Shown: positions 37,300 to 47,536, counted from the stretch's first letter. The stretch is 64,000 nt of DNA from Candidatus Saccharimonadales bacterium (GCA_040900055.1 JBBDZU010000007.1:104435-168434), one strand, 5' to 3'. Numbers and translations: made by a program. Notes: generated from the sequence alone by a model not told the origin.

Positions 37300-38961
37300 C
37301 TATTCATACTTTCGACGAATGTGAGACATGGAGAAGCTCCAATTAGCATCGGTTTTTTTGTGAGGGTTAAAGATACCGGCTGGGTCAAAAATCTGTTTTG
37401 TTTGCCGAAACAGGTTTAATGTATCTTCGCCATACATTTGAGCCAGCCAGGGTCCGCGCACCAATCCATCGTTGTGCTCGCCGGACAAGCTGCCACCATA
37501 GGACAACACCAGCTCGTTAACCTCGCGCATTACCGGTTCCAGCTTAGCTCGTTCCGTAGCTTTATCTAACTCCATAAGCGGAATGACATGAAAATTGCCA
37601 TCGCCCATATGACCTGCGATAGTAGCCATTAATTTGTATTTCTTTATGATCTGGCGCAGCCTTGGCAAGAAATCGATGAGGTGTTCTGGAGGCACCACCA
37701 CATCGTCTATAAATGGAGCCGTATGCTTGTCCTTTACTTTCTTACGCAGTAAATTAAAGCTTTCGCGCCGCATAATTCTATACTTCCAGGCTTTGGCTTC
37801 AGTGGAATCTTCCTCCAGAGCCATTAGGTTGTATGGCTCCAGAAGCTGCCTCATTTTATGGACTTTTCGACCTACCTCATCGCCAGTCTGGCCTGTAAAT
37901 TCGATTAACAACACTAGCTTAGGGATACCGCTAAGTAGTAAAAATGCGTCGGGCAAAAGCTGGATCCCCAGCTTGATCAATCTCCACCAGCCAATGGTCT
38001 TTCTGAAATAAGGGAAGAACTTAATCGACAAACTTAATGTGTAATTGTCGAATGATTCAAAACTCGATGGCTTTTGGGCTAGAGCTGTGTTAATAAGTTC
38101 GCCTAGTCTATTAAAATCTTTCATAAAGACTACTAGCACTCCAGAGTGAGGTTTGTCTTTAACTAACTTAAAACCAACACTGGAAATTAGTCCTAATGTA
38201 CCCTGGGCGCCTATAAAGAGCTTAGTGAGATCAAATATTCCGGTCTCACGGTTCCAGACATCCCAAAGATTATAGCCCGTGGAGTTTTTAGTAACCTTTG
38301 GTTTAGCGGCCTTAATAGCTTCGTAGTTTTTATCTACGAGCTCAAAAGTCTCCCGGTAAACCTGGCCTTCATATGTCTTTAGTACTCTTTTAGCAGCCAG
38401 CTGTTTACGGTTTAGGGCTTGGAGGCGGTAAAGTTGCCCATCGGCTAACACCACATCTAAATGCCGCACAAAATTCCCGGTTTTGCCATATTCCAGAGAT
38501 TTCTCGCCGCCAGCATTATTAGCTACCATGCCACCGATGGTAGCTATTTCGCGGCTGGCAGGGAAGGAAGGCAAGAGCGCCTGGTGCTTTAGGCTTTCTT
38601 TCTCGAAATTCCTATAAAATACACCGGACTGGGCGATAGCAGAAGTCATGCTTACACCCTCCATTTGATTAAAGTAGCGGCTAAAATCAACAATCACGGA
38701 ATCGTTAATAGGGCCACCGGACATGCAGGTTCCGCCGCCGCGAGCTGTCAAAGAAAGACCTGGAATCTTGCTCCTGCAAATATTAGTCACCCCAACCAAT
38801 CGCTTCAAGTCTTCGTTATTTTTGGGAAAGACTACTAGCTTAGGTTCTACCTCAAAAAGTGAAGCGTCGTGGCTATAAAAGTCACGGCTAGCTTCGGTAG
38901 AGTCGATGTCACCCTCAAAGCCAGCTTTTGCTAGAGCCTCCGCAAACACATCTATTGTCAT
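37300..38961 (-). CDS. FAD-linked oxidoreductase (GlcD / D-lactate dehydrogenase family)
   Basis: RGGGTCMSG, TIGGMVANNAGG, GAQGTLG, GHMGDGNFH, SGEHNDG, DPAGIFNP. Confidence 0.9.
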   Translation of the reverse strand: MTIDVFAEALAKAGFEGDIDSTEASRDFYSHDASLFEVEPKLVVFPKNNEDLKRLVGVTNICRSKIPGLSLTARGGGTCMSGGPINDSVIVDFSRYFNQMEGVSMTSAIAQSGVFYRNFEKESLKHQALLPSFPASREIATIGGMVANNAGGEKSLEYGKTGNFVRHLDVVLADGQLYRLQALNRKQLAAKRVLKTYEGQVYRETFELVDKNYEAIKAAKPKVTKNSTGYNLWDVWNRETGIFDLTKLFIGAQGTLGLISSVGFKLVKDKPHSGVLVVFMKDFNRLGELINTALAQKPSSFESFDNYTLSLSIKFFPYFRKTIGWWRLIKLGIQLLPDAFLLLSGIPKLVLLIEFTGQTGDEVGRKVHKMRQLLEPYNLMALEEDSTEAKAWKYRIMRRESFNLLRKKVKDKHTAPFIDDVVVPPEHLIDFLPRLRQIIKKYKLMATIAGHMGDGNFHVIPLMELDKATERAKLEPVMREVNELVLSYGGSLSGEHNDGLVRGPWLAQMYGEDTLNLFRQTKQIFDPAGIFNPHKKTDANWSFSMSHIRRKYE

Positions 38962-39034
38962 TACCCTTAAGCTTACTGTAGTAAAAAGTGCCGCGCAAGT
39001 AGCCGCCAAGTCCCCGAATTGTTATATTTGAGAC

Positions 39035-39952
39035 GTGAAACAATACCTGGAACTTCTTGCTGACATTAAACAAAACGGCACAAAAAAAAGTGATCGCACC
39101 GGCGTAGGAACACTAAGCGTTTTTGGGAGGCAGATGCGTTTCGACCTGTCGGCTGGCTTTCCGGCTGTAACGACTAAAAAGCTGTTTATGCGGGGTATTA
39201 TTCACGAATTGATTTGGTTTTTACAAGGCTCTACTAACATTAAATATTTAGTGGATAATGACGTGCATATTTGGGACGAGTGGCCTTATAAAGCCTACCT
39301 AATTAAGAATGCCAAAAAAGTACCGGAGGCGGGGAGTGACGAATGGAACAAAGGTATAACTGAGTTTACCAATATGATTAAATCTGACGCTCAGTTTGCC
39401 AAAGAAAACGGCGAGCTTGGGCCAGTCTACGGATATCAGTGGCGCAGCTGGCCTACTCCAGACGGTAGACACATAGATCAAATTAAGGCTGCCATTGATA
39501 CAATCAAAACCAAGCCAGACTCCCGCCGAATTATAGTTTCTGCCTGGAACGTGGCCGATATAGACGAAATGGCCAAAGCTGGCCTGCCGTCATGCCATAC
39601 ATTCTTTCAATTTTATGTAAATGACGGCAAACTATCCTGCCAGCTTTATCAGCGCAGTGCCGATACTTTCTTAGGAGTGCCATTTAATATTGCTTCTTAT
39701 GCGCTACTTACAATGATGATTGCCCAAATTACTGATCTGGAACCGGGAGATTTTGTACATACTTTTGGCGATACCCATATTTACTTAAATCACTTGGAAC
39801 AAGTTAAACTCCAGTTGTCTCGCAAACCCAAAAAATTACCAACAATGAAATTAAACCCGGGCGTCAAGAATATCGACGATTTTAAGTTCGAGGACTTTGA
39901 ATTAACGGACTATGACCCGTACCCAGCCATCTGGGCGCCCATAGCGGTTTAG
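39035..39952 (+). CDS. thyA: Thymidylate synthase ThyA
   Basis: [27 protein letters not shown], catalytic [19 protein letters not shown]. Confidence 0.97.
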   Translation: MKQYLELLADIKQNGTKKSDRTGVGTLSVFGRQMRFDLSAGFPAVTTKKLFMRGIIHELIWFLQGSTNIKYLVDNDVHIWDEWPYKAYLIKNAKKVPEAGSDEWNKGITEFTNMIKSDAQFAKENGELGPVYGYQWRSWPTPDGRHIDQIKAAIDTIKTKPDSRRIIVSAWNVADIDEMAKAGLPSCHTFFQFYVNDGKLSCQLYQRSADTFLGVPFNIASYALLTMMIAQITDLEPGDFVHTFGDTHIYLNHLEQVKLQLSRKPKKLPTMKLNPGVKNIDDFKFEDFELTDYDPYPAIWAPIAV

Positions 39953-39954
39953 TG

Positions 39955-40446
39955 ATGATCTCTATAATAGTAGCGACGGCCGAAAACGGTGTTATTGGTA
40001 AATCTGGCGGGCTACCGTGGTATTTGCCCGCAGAATTAGCCTACTTTAAAAAAACTACTATGCGTCATCCAATCATAATGGGCCGAAGGACTTACGAGTC
40101 AATTGGGCGAGCACTGCCTGGGCGAACAAACATTGTCATAACGCACGACAAAACCTACGAAGCAGAAGGCTGTATAGTGATCGACTCGCTAGAGAAAGCA
40201 ATCGAGAAAGCAAAAAAATCGGAGGGCTCTGACGAGATATTTATTATTGGCGGCGAGTCGGTATATAAAGAGGCCTTGCCTCTAGCTGGACGTCTTTATT
40301 TAACAAAGGTTAAGGCTACGATCGATGGTGATAAATTTTTTAAGTACAATCCAGCCAACTGGAAACAAGTAATTAGTGAGAAGCATTCCTCCAACGAGAA
40401 AAACTCCTACGAATATGATTTCACTGTCTGTCAGCGAATTAGCTAG
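39955..40446 (+). CDS. folA: Dihydrofolate reductase
   Basis: VIG...LPW, IMGRRTYESI, LPGRTNIV, IIGG; coupled to thyA. Confidence 0.96.
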   Translation: MISIIVATAENGVIGKSGGLPWYLPAELAYFKKTTMRHPIIMGRRTYESIGRALPGRTNIVITHDKTYEAEGCIVIDSLEKAIEKAKKSEGSDEIFIIGGESVYKEALPLAGRLYLTKVKATIDGDKFFKYNPANWKQVISEKHSSNEKNSYEYDFTVCQRIS

Positions 40447-40473
40447 TTCCTCGCATGGTGTAGAATACTAAAA

Positions 40474-41094
40474 ATGAGTAGAACTAATAGGGCTGACCTG
40501 GAATATAGCGATTATATTGGTGCTAGGCCTGCTGTAAGTCAGCTTGGGGTTACTGGACTCTCTATTTCTAGAGGTTTTGATGTAAATCTCCTAGCAGATG
40601 CCCACCAGCTTCTTGCAGAGCAGTTTCCAGAAGCGTTAATAAGAGAGACAAGCAGGAGTCTCGAGAAGCCTCCTGCCGTAAATCTGTTAGAGGCCAACGA
40701 AGTAAAAAGACAAAAAAATATAGGCAATATTGCAGTTCAAGACGCGGTCGATAAACTCTACGACGAAGTCTACAGCCTCCGCCAGAACATTCCGGCCGCA
40801 CCATCACGAATCCTATTTCTTGGAAGAGCAGCATCCAGGAATCAAGTAATGACGGTTGTTTTTGATGCTGGCACTGAAGAGGCTTTGGTCGCTGAGCGTA
40901 AGGAAATTCTTGATTCTTTAGAGGGTATGGCTGAAGTAGAGTATGAATATAGCTGGATAAGGAAAAAGATTCCACATATCACCTTGGCGCGTCTGGGGCT
41001 TAACCAGGTAGCTGTTGTAGGCCCTAAGACACGCAAAGAGATAATGCGCAGTTTGCCTGAATCAATAGTCCTTAATAAAGCATCCTTTTCGTAA
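40474..41094 (+). CDS. Hypothetical protein, possibly a degenerate 2H-phosphoesterase
   Basis: C-terminal PHITLAR (HxT) motif; no first HxT motif evident. Confidence 0.6.
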   Translation: MSRTNRADLEYSDYIGARPAVSQLGVTGLSISRGFDVNLLADAHQLLAEQFPEALIRETSRSLEKPPAVNLLEANEVKRQKNIGNIAVQDAVDKLYDEVYSLRQNIPAAPSRILFLGRAASRNQVMTVVFDAGTEEALVAERKEILDSLEGMAEVEYEYSWIRKKIPHITLARLGLNQVAVVGPKTRKEIMRSLPESIVLNKASFS

Positions 41095-41152
41095 ACGGCG
41101 TTTAGTAAAAAGCACACTGTAGTCTCTGTATCTATAAGGCTATAATTTCTTT

Positions 41153-42253
41153 ATGGCGTTTATCAAAAATCGTAGCCGTGGATTTGGCTTACTCGGTGTA
41201 GTCATAGTGTTGGGCGTGATTACCGCAGTTAGTTTGGCTTTTTGGTATGTCCAGAAAGAGACCGCAAAAGAGAAGCAGCTAAAAATAACTACCGAAGTCG
41301 TAGCTAAGAAGCTAGCTGTCCCCTGGGAAATTGCCTTTTTACCAGCTGGCGATATGTTAATCACCGAACGCCGAGGGACTCTAAAGCGTATCGGCACAGG
41401 TACCCAAATTTATAACGTTAGTGGTGTGGAGCATATTGGCGAGGGCGGGCTACTTGGACTGGCCCTGCACCCTAACTTCGAAGATAACCGCCTGCTTTAC
41501 CTATACCTGACGACTCGCTCTGGTGACGATTTAATAAACCGCGCCGAGCGCTACCGCCTAACAGATGATCAACTGACCGAAAAAACGGTTATTATCAGCG
41601 ATATACCAGGAGCGGCTAATCACGACGGTGGCCGATTAGCCTTTGGGCCAGACGGTATGCTTTACATAACCACCGGCGATGCCGGCCAGCCACAGCTAGC
41701 CCAAGACAAGAATTCTTTAGCCGGAAAAATATTAAGATTAACGGACAACGGACGTGTGCCAGCAAGCAACCCGCTTGGTAGTGCTGTATATAGCTTAGGG
41801 CATCGAAACCCCCAAGGATTAGCTTGGGATAACAAAGGCCAACTCTGGGCTACAGAGCACGGACAATCCGCCTATGACGAAGTTAATCTTATTAAGCCAG
41901 GTGGCAATTATGGCTGGCCGATTATTCAAGGCGACGAAACTCAAGCTGGCATGACCGGGCCAATCGCTCACTCTGGACCGAACGAGACTTGGGCTCCCTC
42001 TGGAATGGCCTTTGCTGATGGCTCGTTGTTTTTTAGCGGGCTCCGCGGCAAAACACTATACAAAGCTAAGCTAAATCCTGATAACAGCCTTGCAATCTCA
42101 AGTCACTATTCGGGTGAGTTTGGACGGCTGCGGGCTGTGGTTGTCGGACCAAATGACAACCTTTACATCAGTACCAGCAACACTGATGGTCGAGGGGACA
42201 TAATTTCTGACGATGACCGTATCATCCGTCTAAGACTGGAGCTCTTCCGTTAA
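41153..42253 (+). CDS. PQQ-dependent glucose/sorbosone dehydrogenase family beta-propeller with pilin-like N-terminus
   Basis: PWEIAFLP, GEGGLLGLALHP, HDGGRLAFGPDG, GHRNPQG, NYGWP, GRLRAV. Confidence 0.9.
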   Translation: MAFIKNRSRGFGLLGVVIVLGVITAVSLAFWYVQKETAKEKQLKITTEVVAKKLAVPWEIAFLPAGDMLITERRGTLKRIGTGTQIYNVSGVEHIGEGGLLGLALHPNFEDNRLLYLYLTTRSGDDLINRAERYRLTDDQLTEKTVIISDIPGAANHDGGRLAFGPDGMLYITTGDAGQPQLAQDKNSLAGKILRLTDNGRVPASNPLGSAVYSLGHRNPQGLAWDNKGQLWATEHGQSAYDEVNLIKPGGNYGWPIIQGDETQAGMTGPIAHSGPNETWAPSGMAFADGSLFFSGLRGKTLYKAKLNPDNSLAISSHYSGEFGRLRAVVVGPNDNLYISTSNTDGRGDIISDDDRIIRLRLELFR

Positions 42254-42990
42254 CGTAGTCGTTGTTCTAAGTTGCCAATAGGCGCATACCAACCACTGTC
42301 TAGCACGTAGGTCTGAATTTTCTTATCAATCCCTAGAAGAATTACCAAACCGACTAATATAAATATTACCCCCGCAGTTAGTCGAAGCTTGCCACGAGGG
42401 TTGCTCAGCCACCCTAAGCGCCGCACAAAAGCCTGGCCGGCAAAAGCAATAATCAAAAGCATGAGCGCTAGCCCTAGGGCATAGGCTACTAAATAACTTA
42501 GTCCCGTAAAAAAGGATACCGGCAAAATAGCCGCTACTATCAAAGCGTAGGTAGGGCTGCAGCTATTAAAGACTGGCCCTAGCGACGAACCTATCAAGAC
42601 GTCGCGGCCCCAGCCCTGCCGTTGCGAAGAAGAAGCTAACAATTGGCTGGATCCCACAGCCAAGCCGGATTTTAACGCTAACTTTCCCCATAGTCGTGGC
42701 CATAGATAAGTTAAGCCTAGGATTATTATGATAGTCCCAGAGACTACCTGCCAAAACACCGAAGAAACCCCCAGTAATAAAGTAGTGGCTTTTAGGAGTA
42801 AGCCAAAAACAATAACTGATATGGCTAAGCTAGCCGTAATGACGACTGGATGCAACCAGCTTCGAGCAGATTTGTCGCTATTGGTGACTCCCGACAGTGA
42901 GCCTCCGACTATAACCGGCAAAAGCGGCAAAATGCAGGGAGCAGCTACCGTAAAGCCTCCGGCTATAAACGACAAAATTATCAAGCTCAT
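42250..42990 (-). CDS. ccdA: CcdA/DsbD-type thiol:disulfide transporter
   Basis: APCILPLLP, SCSPT; 6-7 TM helices. Confidence 0.88.
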   Translation of the reverse strand: MSLIILSFIAGGFTVAAPCILPLLPVIVGGSLSGVTNSDKSARSWLHPVVITASLAISVIVFGLLLKATTLLLGVSSVFWQVVSGTIIIILGLTYLWPRLWGKLALKSGLAVGSSQLLASSSQRQGWGRDVLIGSSLGPVFNSCSPTYALIVAAILPVSFFTGLSYLVAYALGLALMLLIIAFAGQAFVRRLGWLSNPRGKLRLTAGVIFILVGLVILLGIDKKIQTYVLDSGWYAPIGNLEQRLR

Positions 42991-42995
42991 AGATT

Positions 42996-43430
42996 CTAAA
43001 GAAGATTAAGTTTTAGATTTTCCAGCGTTGGTTCATCATAGGCCACATATTTTTCGACCAAATTGCCGTTGTCGTCCACTTTGACTAAGGTAGTTTGAAT
43101 GGTCACGCCGTATTTTTGGCGCAGTTCTTGGTTTGAATCGTAATCTACTTTAATAACCGTTACTCCGTTTGGAATAGTGCCGGATAAAATGCTGCGCTCC
43201 AGTTGACGACACTGCGGACACCATGAGGCATGAAAAAACAGAATTTTAGTTCCAGCGGTTTGGGCAATGACGTCGTCACTATATTCTACATATTGGGCTT
43301 GACTGGCTGAGATGGGTTTAGGGCCCGTCGGATTTTGGTTGGTTGGTCTATTTTGATCCTTATTACTCAGGAGAGTAAAGCCAACCAGTGCCAACATCGC
43401 TACAGCGATAAGAGGAAGCCATTTTTTCAT
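42996..43430 (-). CDS. Exported thioredoxin
   Basis: Signal/anchor helix, FHASWCPQCR, KYGVT.Q; upstream of ccdA. Confidence 0.9.
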   Translation of the reverse strand: MKKWLPLIAVAMLALVGFTLLSNKDQNRPTNQNPTGPKPISASQAQYVEYSDDVIAQTAGTKILFFHASWCPQCRQLERSILSGTIPNGVTVIKVDYDSNQELRQKYGVTIQTTLVKVDDNGNLVEKYVAYDEPTLENLKLNLL

Positions 43431-43511
43431 TGCAAGCTAATTATATAGGACAAGAGCACTAAGCACTTAAGCTTGCATTAAACTGCTTAGCAGTAGTAAG
43501 TTATCAATCAG

Positions 43512-43913
43512 ATGAGCGAGCGATATCTAGACAACGAAAACTTTGCCGATACCGAAAATGATGCCATAAAGGATCCGAGTCTTAGGCCTGCATACAGAAA
43601 CGAGCGTGTAGCTAAAATAAAGGCTGGCGAAGAAACATGGATGCTGCGCAATTTTGACGGACCAAGCGATATGGAGCCCGGAATCATAATCGATTATTAC
43701 GCCGGCGGCCGTCACTGCGGTTACATAGATGGTGATGATCAAGAGGGCTGGTTCATGTATGGGCGAGACATTGGTGATGAGCAAGAGGAGCAATCGCAGC
43801 TAACTGACCCTCCAACGATCATTCAACTTAATACCGAACCTGTTGCCTACAGGAGCGAAGCCCAAAGGCGACTAAGCGACTACGTCAAAGAGACTATCTT
43901 AAAATTTAACTAA
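43512..43913 (+). CDS. Hypothetical acidic protein
   Basis: 133-aa ORF; no motif recognised. Confidence 0.55.
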   Translation: MSERYLDNENFADTENDAIKDPSLRPAYRNERVAKIKAGEETWMLRNFDGPSDMEPGIIIDYYAGGRHCGYIDGDDQEGWFMYGRDIGDEQEEQSQLTDPPTIIQLNTEPVAYRSEAQRRLSDYVKETILKFN

Positions 43914-43952
43914 GATCCTAGCTAAGACTCTACTCGAAGTTGGGGTAGTAGC

Positions 43953-44603
43953 TTATCTTTTGGTTCGAAGGTAGTTAATCCACCAGATCTTTTTGCTAGT
44001 GAATAGTAAATCGTAAAGGTTGACTGCTAGCAAACCACCCACTAGTGGTCCAAGGATGTATAGCCAGCTACCATTGTTCTGGCCTAGGGCAATTGCTGGA
44101 TTAATGTAAGCCGCTGTAGCTGTAGCCGCTACCATAACGCCGACAAATAATGAGGCTCCGTAAGTTAAGGCAGAGTGTAAAACATCTACCGTACGAGAGA
44201 CAGCTGCTGTAAAGCCAAGAACTAAAACAAAGGCTCCAACCACTTCGGCTACGAACATTGGCCAGCTAAAAGTGGCTGCCTTGGAAGCAATGGAATGGTC
44301 AGTAAAGTATTGGTACAAGAGCAGTGCGCCCAAACCACCCAAGACTTGGGCGGCAATGTAGGCCAAACCTGGAATCGTTCTAATACGGCGGGCCGTCCAT
44401 AGCCCAAAGGTAACAGCCGGGTTAAGATGTGCCCCAGAAACCGGAGCAAAAATAGTGTACGCGGCTATTAGCGTGATAGCTAGGCTAGTCGCTACAAAGT
44501 ATGAAACCGATGTCGTTTCACTTAGCACCAATGCAATCATTACCAGCAGGCCGGCGCCTAAAAACTCGGCGGCCAGCTGACCTAATCTGCCTCTTGTTAA
44601 CAT
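43953..44603 (-). CDS. Aquaporin (MIP family)
   Basis: AEFLG, SGAHLNPAVT, second NPA (INPAIA), GPLVG. Confidence 0.93.
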   Translation of the reverse strand: MLTRGRLGQLAAEFLGAGLLVMIALVLSETTSVSYFVATSLAITLIAAYTIFAPVSGAHLNPAVTFGLWTARRIRTIPGLAYIAAQVLGGLGALLLYQYFTDHSIASKAATFSWPMFVAEVVGAFVLVLGFTAAVSRTVDVLHSALTYGASLFVGVMVAATATAAYINPAIALGQNNGSWLYILGPLVGGLLAVNLYDLLFTSKKIWWINYLRTKR

Positions 44604-44694
44604 TTTTATATCCTCCGTAAGTTAGTCTTAAGCCTCACTATAGTACGAACTACCTAAAATGCAAAGCCACCAGGCGTTTGTTAAAATATGTATG

Positions 44695-44943
44695 ATGAAC
44701 AAGCAGGCACCTAAAGTTACCGTTTACAGCGCAGTCTGGTGCGCTTACTGCCACATGGCTATGGAGTATCTAAAGAGCAAAGGCGTGGACTATAACGAAG
44801 TTGATATCGATAAGGAGCCGGCGGCCGTTAAGCAGATAGTAGCTAAAACTGGCCAAGTTGGGGTACCGGTTATCGAAATAGGTGACAAAGTTATTTTAGG
44901 GTTTAACCGCCCAGCAATCGACGAGGCTCTTAAGGCCAATTAA
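44695..44943 (+). CDS. Glutaredoxin / NrdH-like redoxin
   Basis: WCAYC, GVPV, GFN; start reset downstream of a TAAAAT box. Confidence 0.9.
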   Translation: MNKQAPKVTVYSAVWCAYCHMAMEYLKSKGVDYNEVDIDKEPAAVKQIVAKTGQVGVPVIEIGDKVILGFNRPAIDEALKAN

Positions 44944-45003
44944 CAGGGATAGAAAAGCGCTTAGGCTTGCTGGCAGGAGTATAATGCATACAGAGGTTTA
45001 GCT

Positions 45004-45513
45004 ATGTCAGAAGCGTTACATACAACTCCTGAGCAAGATCAACGGCCTAAGTGGTCCATCGTTGAAGGTCATTGGCCAATTACTGATTTGCCCGGTAAAG
45101 AAGAAGTAACCATCCAGCTAAATAAGCTGAAAGAGTTTAGCCATGATTTACCTGAAAGCGCCGCTCTTAAAAGTCGAGTTTCTGGTCTACTTATGTACGG
45201 TTTGAGGATATGCAGACCAGAATTATTTTACAACTCCAGTATGATTGATGCTGTTGAGAAGGATTTAGACCAAGCTACAGTGGCTTGCTCGCAGTACACA
45301 AACAGCCAGCGAGAAAGTGAACTGAAGAGATTGGCAGGTCCAGAGGTCAAGCACGATACTCCCATTGTCGCTTTTATCAACTTTGCCAGCTTACAAGATG
45401 GGGAATTCGTCGACAGAGACACAAGAGCTCTCGCAGAGGGCGTAGTTCGCTACCTTCATTTAGAACAGTCCGGCCGGAAAGACGAGCTGCCACAAGTAGT
45501 CCCCGAAGTGTAA
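45004..45513 (+). CDS. Hypothetical protein
   Basis: 169-aa ORF preceded by TATAAT and GAGG. Confidence 0.6.
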   Translation: MSEALHTTPEQDQRPKWSIVEGHWPITDLPGKEEVTIQLNKLKEFSHDLPESAALKSRVSGLLMYGLRICRPELFYNSSMIDAVEKDLDQATVACSQYTNSQRESELKRLAGPEVKHDTPIVAFINFASLQDGEFVDRDTRALAEGVVRYLHLEQSGRKDELPQVVPEV

Positions 45514-45523
45514 AATGTAGTTC

Positions 45524-46093
45524 ATGGCGTTTGAGGACTATAAGACCAAGCAGTCTGTTGTATTGGTTTACACAGGCGAGGGCAAAGGCAAGACCAGCGC
45601 CGGTGTAGGCCTAATGGCTCGGGCGCTTGGGAGCGGCTGGAAAGTAGCTTTTGTGCAGTTTATAAAACACTGGAACGTAGGCGAACACGATTTTATCCAT
45701 AAAATAGAGCCAGTTTTTGGAAAGAAACTGCTTTTTTATAAAGGCGGCAAAGGCTTCTACAACGCTGGTGAGCTATCTGCTAAAGACGTTACTCCAGCTG
45801 AGCATAAACAGGCAGCCAAAGACACTTACGATGTTGCTTTAAAGGCCGCCGCTAGCGGTAAATTTGATTTAGTTATCTGTGATGAGATTAATAATGCCCT
45901 CCACCACAAGTTGATAACTAAGAACGATGTTAAAAATTTAATAAAGTCACGGGCTTCTAAAACCAGCCTCTGTCTAACTGGCCGCAATTTTCCGGAAGCT
46001 ATGTTGCCGATGGTAGATATCGCTACCAATATGACTAAGTTGCGCCATCATTTTGATAAAAAGTTCTTGGCAAACAAAGGAATTGATTTTTAG
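45524..46093 (+). CDS. cobO: ATP:corrinoid adenosyltransferase (CobO/BtuR type)
   Basis: VYTGEGKGKTSA, VQFIK, CDEIN, LTGR, H.F...KGIDF. Confidence 0.9.
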   Translation: MAFEDYKTKQSVVLVYTGEGKGKTSAGVGLMARALGSGWKVAFVQFIKHWNVGEHDFIHKIEPVFGKKLLFYKGGKGFYNAGELSAKDVTPAEHKQAAKDTYDVALKAAASGKFDLVICDEINNALHHKLITKNDVKNLIKSRASKTSLCLTGRNFPEAMLPMVDIATNMTKLRHHFDKKFLANKGIDF

Positions 46094-46142
46094 GTCCGAC
46101 CGTTTTGTTTTAACTGCAGCAAGATTATAATCTAACCTTAGG

Positions 46143-46718
46143 ATGATAAAGCAGGAGAGGCGTCCGCCAATGTGGGTTTGGTGGCTAGTTTTCTTGCTAC
46201 TTATTGCAATTGCCGTTGTCTTATTAGCCAATTTTGCCGGACCAAAAAAGCTGGCATTCAACCAACCCGGGCTGTACAAGGTGGAGCAGGTCGTGGACGG
46301 CGACACCATTATTGTTGATATGAATGGCCGCCAAGAGATAGTAAGAATGATTGGCGTAGACACGCCAGAAACCCGTCATCCCGACAGACCAATAGAATGC
46401 TTTGGCCAAGAGGCGACTGCCTTCAACAAGCAGCTAATTGGCTCTAGCCGTGTTAGGTTGCAGGCTGACTCACTAGAAACTAATCGCGACCGCTATAGCC
46501 GTCTGCTTCGCTACGTTTATCTACCAGATGGCCGATTAGTAGAAACCGAGCTTATACGCAAAGGCTACGGATTTGCTTACCCCTTCTTTCCTTTCGAGAA
46601 GTCGGCCGAATTTATAACCCTTGAAGAGCAGGCAAAGAAAGCAGGTTTGGGACTTTGGTCGGCTTGCCAAGTAACCTTAGACAGCAACGGCGCCAAGCAC
46701 ACTAACGCCGCCCGCTAG
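46143..46718 (+). CDS. Membrane-anchored thermonuclease (SNase)
   Basis: VVDGDTI, VRMIGVDTPE, DRYSRLLRYV, AK...GLW. Confidence 0.93.
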   Translation: MIKQERRPPMWVWWLVFLLLIAIAVVLLANFAGPKKLAFNQPGLYKVEQVVDGDTIIVDMNGRQEIVRMIGVDTPETRHPDRPIECFGQEATAFNKQLIGSSRVRLQADSLETNRDRYSRLLRYVYLPDGRLVETELIRKGYGFAYPFFPFEKSAEFITLEEQAKKAGLGLWSACQVTLDSNGAKHTNAAR

Positions 46719-47508
46719 ACTTTTTAGACTCTCTAAGGCTGAGTAGCCAGTCGTCAACGGCGGCGAAAGGATAGACCAGAAATGTTGAGCTCCAAAGCAG
46801 AATAAACAGGCTTAAACGAAATGGATTGGCTCTAAAGTAAAATGTTCGAACCGAGCGAAACTGATAAGATACATGTCGCCGAAAACTAGTATGCATAGCT
46901 CGAAACGACACGCCCACAACTAGTCGCGGAACGTAACGGATTCGTCCAAAATTCTTTAAGCAAAAAGATAGGTCGTAATCCTCCCAAATATCTGGGCGAA
47001 GTAGCACCTTATTGTTTATAGCCCGCCAGCTACTGCGCCGCAGGGCGCAGTTAGATCCCCAGAGCATCCGCTGGCCACCAATTAAACCGGCCAGATAAAT
47101 ATAGCCATGAAAGATGGCTGTACCAACCAATTTTGCGGGCATGTCGTATGGCGAAGCACCGCCTGTTATAGCTATCACATTTTTATCCAAGAAGGCTTGT
47201 TTTACTTTACTAACCCAATCAGGAGGCAAGATGCTATCGGCGTCAATTCTGCCTAATATCTGGCTGGAAGATGCATTAAAGCCAGTGGCCTGGGCAAAAG
47301 ATTGGTGTTGCCACTTTTCTTTAATAACCCTAACAAACACAAAGCTTTTAGCGATCTTGACCGTATTGTCGCTACAGTTGTTGTCAACGACTATAACTTC
47401 ATTAGGTTCATCGGTCTGGGCGGCTATAGAACGCAGGCATGCACCGATGTAGTTTTCTTCGTTATAAGCTGGTATAACTATACTAAGCGTTAGCGGTTTT
47501 TCTTTCAT
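46702..47508 (-). CDS. GT2 glycosyltransferase
   Basis: SIVIPAYNEE, VVDNNCSD, IDAD, ED.DL. Confidence 0.92.
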   Translation of the reverse strand: MKEKPLTLSIVIPAYNEENYIGACLRSIAAQTDEPNEVIVVDNNCSDNTVKIAKSFVFVRVIKEKWQHQSFAQATGFNASSSQILGRIDADSILPPDWVSKVKQAFLDKNVIAITGGASPYDMPAKLVGTAIFHGYIYLAGLIGGQRMLWGSNCALRRSSWRAINNKVLLRPDIWEDYDLSFCLKNFGRIRYVPRLVVGVSFRAMHTSFRRHVSYQFRSVRTFYFRANPFRLSLFILLWSSTFLVYPFAAVDDWLLSLRESKKSSGRR

Positions 47509-47536
47509 ATCAATCTAGCCCTTAGGATATCAGCCA

